64,000 nucleotides of DNA from the human T2T-CHM13v2.0 reference genome, Homo sapiens: the NCBI RefSeq assembly GCF_009914755.1, contig NC_060930.1; one strand, given 5' to 3'. Shown in pieces: positions 61,601-64,000 of the stretch; position 1 is the stretch's first letter; the number at the start of each line of letters is the position of its first letter. The notes beneath the pieces were generated by a model. The model did no database searches and was not told the origin of the DNA. It saw only the letters and a program-made list of their open reading frames with translations. The translations under genes were made by a program, and so were the position numbers.

Positions 61601-63301
61601 GGCCTTCGTTGGAAACGGGATTTCTTCCTATAAACCCAGACAGAAGAATTCTCAGAGACTTCTTTGTGATGTGTGAATTCAACTCACAGTGTGGATCCTT
61701 CCTTTTGATAGAGCAGTTTTGAAACCCTGTTTTTGTAGTATTTCCAAGCGGATATTTGGAACGCCTTGAAGCGTATGGTAGAAAAGGAAATATCTTCCCA
61801 TAAAACCTAGACAGAACCAATCTCAGAAACGACTTTGTGATGTCTGCATTCAAGTCACAGAGTTGAACATTTCTCTTGATAGAGCAGTTTTGAAACCCTC
61901 TTTCTGAAGGATCTGCAAGTGGATATTTGGAACTCCTTTGGGTCTTCGTTGGAAACGGGATTTCTTCGTATAAATCTAGACAGAAGAATTCTCAGAAACT
62001 TCCTTGTGATGAGTGCATTCAACTCAGCGAGTGGCACCTTCCTTTGGATACAGCAGTTTTGAAACACTGTTTTTGTAGTATTTCCAAGCGGATATTTAGA
62101 GCGCCTTGAAGCCTATGCTAGAAATGGAAATATCTCCCCATAAAACCAAGACAGAAGCAATCTCAGAAACTAATGTGTGATGGCTGCATTCCACACACAC
62201 GGTGGACCATTTCTCTTGATAGAGCAGTTTTGAAACACTCTTTCTGTAGAATCTGCAAGTGGATAATTGGACCTCCTAGAGGCCTTCGTTGGAAACGGGA
62301 TTTCTTCATCTAAACCTACAGAGAAGTATTCTCAGTAACTTCTTCGGATGTGTGCATTCGACGCACAGAATGGAACATTCCCTTTGATAGAGCAGTTTTG
62401 AGACACCGTTTTTGTAGAATTCCCAAGTGGATATTTAGAGCACTTTGAAGTCTCTGCTAGAAAAGGAAACATCTTCATGTAAAAAGTAGATAGAATCGTT
62501 CTCAGAAAGTGCTTAGTGTCGTGTGCGTTCAACTCACAGAGTTTAACGTTTCTTTTGATAGAGCGTTTCTGAAACACCCTTCTTGTAGTAGCTGCAAGTG
62601 GATATTTGGACCTATTGGAGGCCTTCTTTGGAAATGGGATTTCTTCATGTAACTCTAGAGTGAAGAATTCTCAGAAACTCCTTTGTGATGTGTGCATTCA
62701 ATTCAAAGAGTGAAACCTCTCTTTTCACAGAGCAGTTTTGAAACACTGTTTTTGTAGGATTTCCAAGGGGATATTTATAGCGCATTGAGCCTACGGCGGA
62801 AAAAGAAACATCTTCCTATAAAAACTAGACAGAATACTTCTCAGAATCTGCTTTGCGATGTGTGCGTTCAACTCACAGAGTAAAACTTTTCTTTTGATAG
62901 AGCAGTTTTGAAACACTCTTTTTGTAGTATTTGCATGTGTATATTTAGAGCGCATTGAAGCCCACAGTAGAAAAGGAAATAACTTCACCTAAAACCTAGA
63001 CAGAAGCAATCTCAGAAACTACTTTGTGATGTGTACATTCAACTCACAGAGTGGAACTTTCCTCTTTATAGAGCAGTGTTGAAACACTCTTTTTGTAGAA
63101 ACTGCAAGTGGATATTTGGACCTCTTTGAGGCCTTCGTTGGAAACGGGATTTCTTCCTATAACCCTAGACAGAAGAATTTTCAGAAACCTCATTGTGATG
63201 TGTGCGTTCATCTCACAGAGTGGAGTCTTCCGTTTGATAGAGAAGTTTTGAAACCCTGTTCTTGTAGGATTTCCAAGTGGATATTTAGACCACTTTGAAG
63301 C
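55649..63301 (+). repeat. Three tandem 15-mer HOR variant units (U21-U23)
   Basis: The marker recurs at 55649, 58200, 60751 and 63302 (2551 bp apart), with the same fused junction as U9. Confidence 0.96.
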
Positions 63302-64000
63302 CTATGATAGAAAAGGAAACATCTTCATGGAAAACATAGATAGAATCATCCTCAGAAACAACTTTGTGATGTGTGCGTTGAACTCACCGTCTTTAACCTT
63401 TCTTTTGGTAGAGAAGTTTTGAAACACTCTCTTTGTAAAGTCTACAAGTGGATATTTTGAGCCCTTGGAGGCATTCTTTGGAAAAGGGAATGTCTTCACA
63501 TAAAAGGCAGACGGAAGTGTTCTCAGAAACTGCTTTGTGATGTCTGTGTTCAACTCACAGAGTTTAACATTTCCTTTGATAGAGCGGTTTAGTAACCCTC
63601 TCTTTGTAGAATTTGGAAGTGTATACTAAGAGCGCTTTGAGGCCTATGGTAGAAAAGGAAATATCTTTCCATAAAAGCTAGACAGAAGCAATCTCAGAAA
63701 CTCCTCTGTGATGTCTGCATTCAACTCACCGAGTGGAACATTCCTCTTGAGAGAGCAGTTTGGAAACACTCTTTCTGTAGAATCAGCTTGTTTGTATTTG
63801 GACCTCCTTGAGGCCTTCGTTGGAAACGGGTTTTCATCTTATAAACCCAGACAGAAGAATTCTCAGAGTCTTCTTTGTGATGTGTGCTTTCAACTCACCG
63901 AGATAAAGATTTCTCTTGATAGAGCAATTTGGAAACACTCTTTTTGTAGAATTTGCAAGGGTACATTGAGAGCGCTTTCAGGCCTATGGTAGAAAAGGGA
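63302..64000 (+). repeat. Partial HOR unit (U24), truncated by the window end; 15-mer or 18-mer status cannot be determined
   Basis: Matches positions 75-773 of U1. The window ends before the diagnostic junction. Confidence 0.93.

Larger units (their letters stand above)
1..64000 (+). repeat. D6Z1: Alpha-satellite higher-order repeat array, homogeneous centromere-core type; most likely human chromosome 6 D6Z1 (SF1, 18-mer HOR)
   Basis: Seen: ~170 bp monomers with alphoid consensus motifs (attctcagaaact..tttgtgatgtgtgcattcaactcacagagt..gatagagcagttttgaaacactc..gtagaatctgcaagtggatatttgg), CENP-B boxes CTTCGTTGGAAACGGGA, an exact 3057 bp period and one BamHI site per unit (ggatcc at 1017). Established knowledge: D6Z1 is an ~3 kb BamHI 18-mer HOR. 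Alpha-satellite identity is certain; the chr6 assignment is from recall, not from an alignment. Confidence 0.95.

Noticed and set aside
1-64000. Possible inversion, L1/Alu insertion or non-satellite island; a previously undescribed biological system
   Set aside because: The orientation is uniform and unit spacing accounts for every base, leaving no room for foreign sequence. The sequence is a well-known satellite class and I cannot support a claim of a novel system.

Overview
The whole 64 kb window is primate (almost certainly human) centromeric alpha-satellite DNA: head-to-tail ~170 bp monomers in one orientation, organised as a highly homogeneous higher-order repeat (HOR). The full unit is 3057 bp (18 monomers, one BamHI site, 7 intact CENP-B boxes), which fits the chromosome 6 array D6Z1 (suprachromosomal family 1). 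A 2551 bp 15-mer variant lacks 506 bp (3 monomers). Taking units in phase with position 75, the order is 8x 18-mer (U1-U8, 75-24530), 11x 15-mer (U9-U19, 24531-52591), 1x 18-mer (U20, 52592-55648), 3x 15-mer (U21-U23, 55649-63301), then a partial unit. I see no genes, transposon insertions, inversions or CRISPR arrays; all listed ORFs are chance frames recurring with the HOR period. I found no new biological system. The interest lies in array evolution: the deletion junction, one copy with a shifted junction, multi-HOR super-repeats shown by shared SNVs, a mosaic lone 18-mer, and loss of CENP-B boxes. All alignments were done by eye, so the SNV lists may be incomplete.
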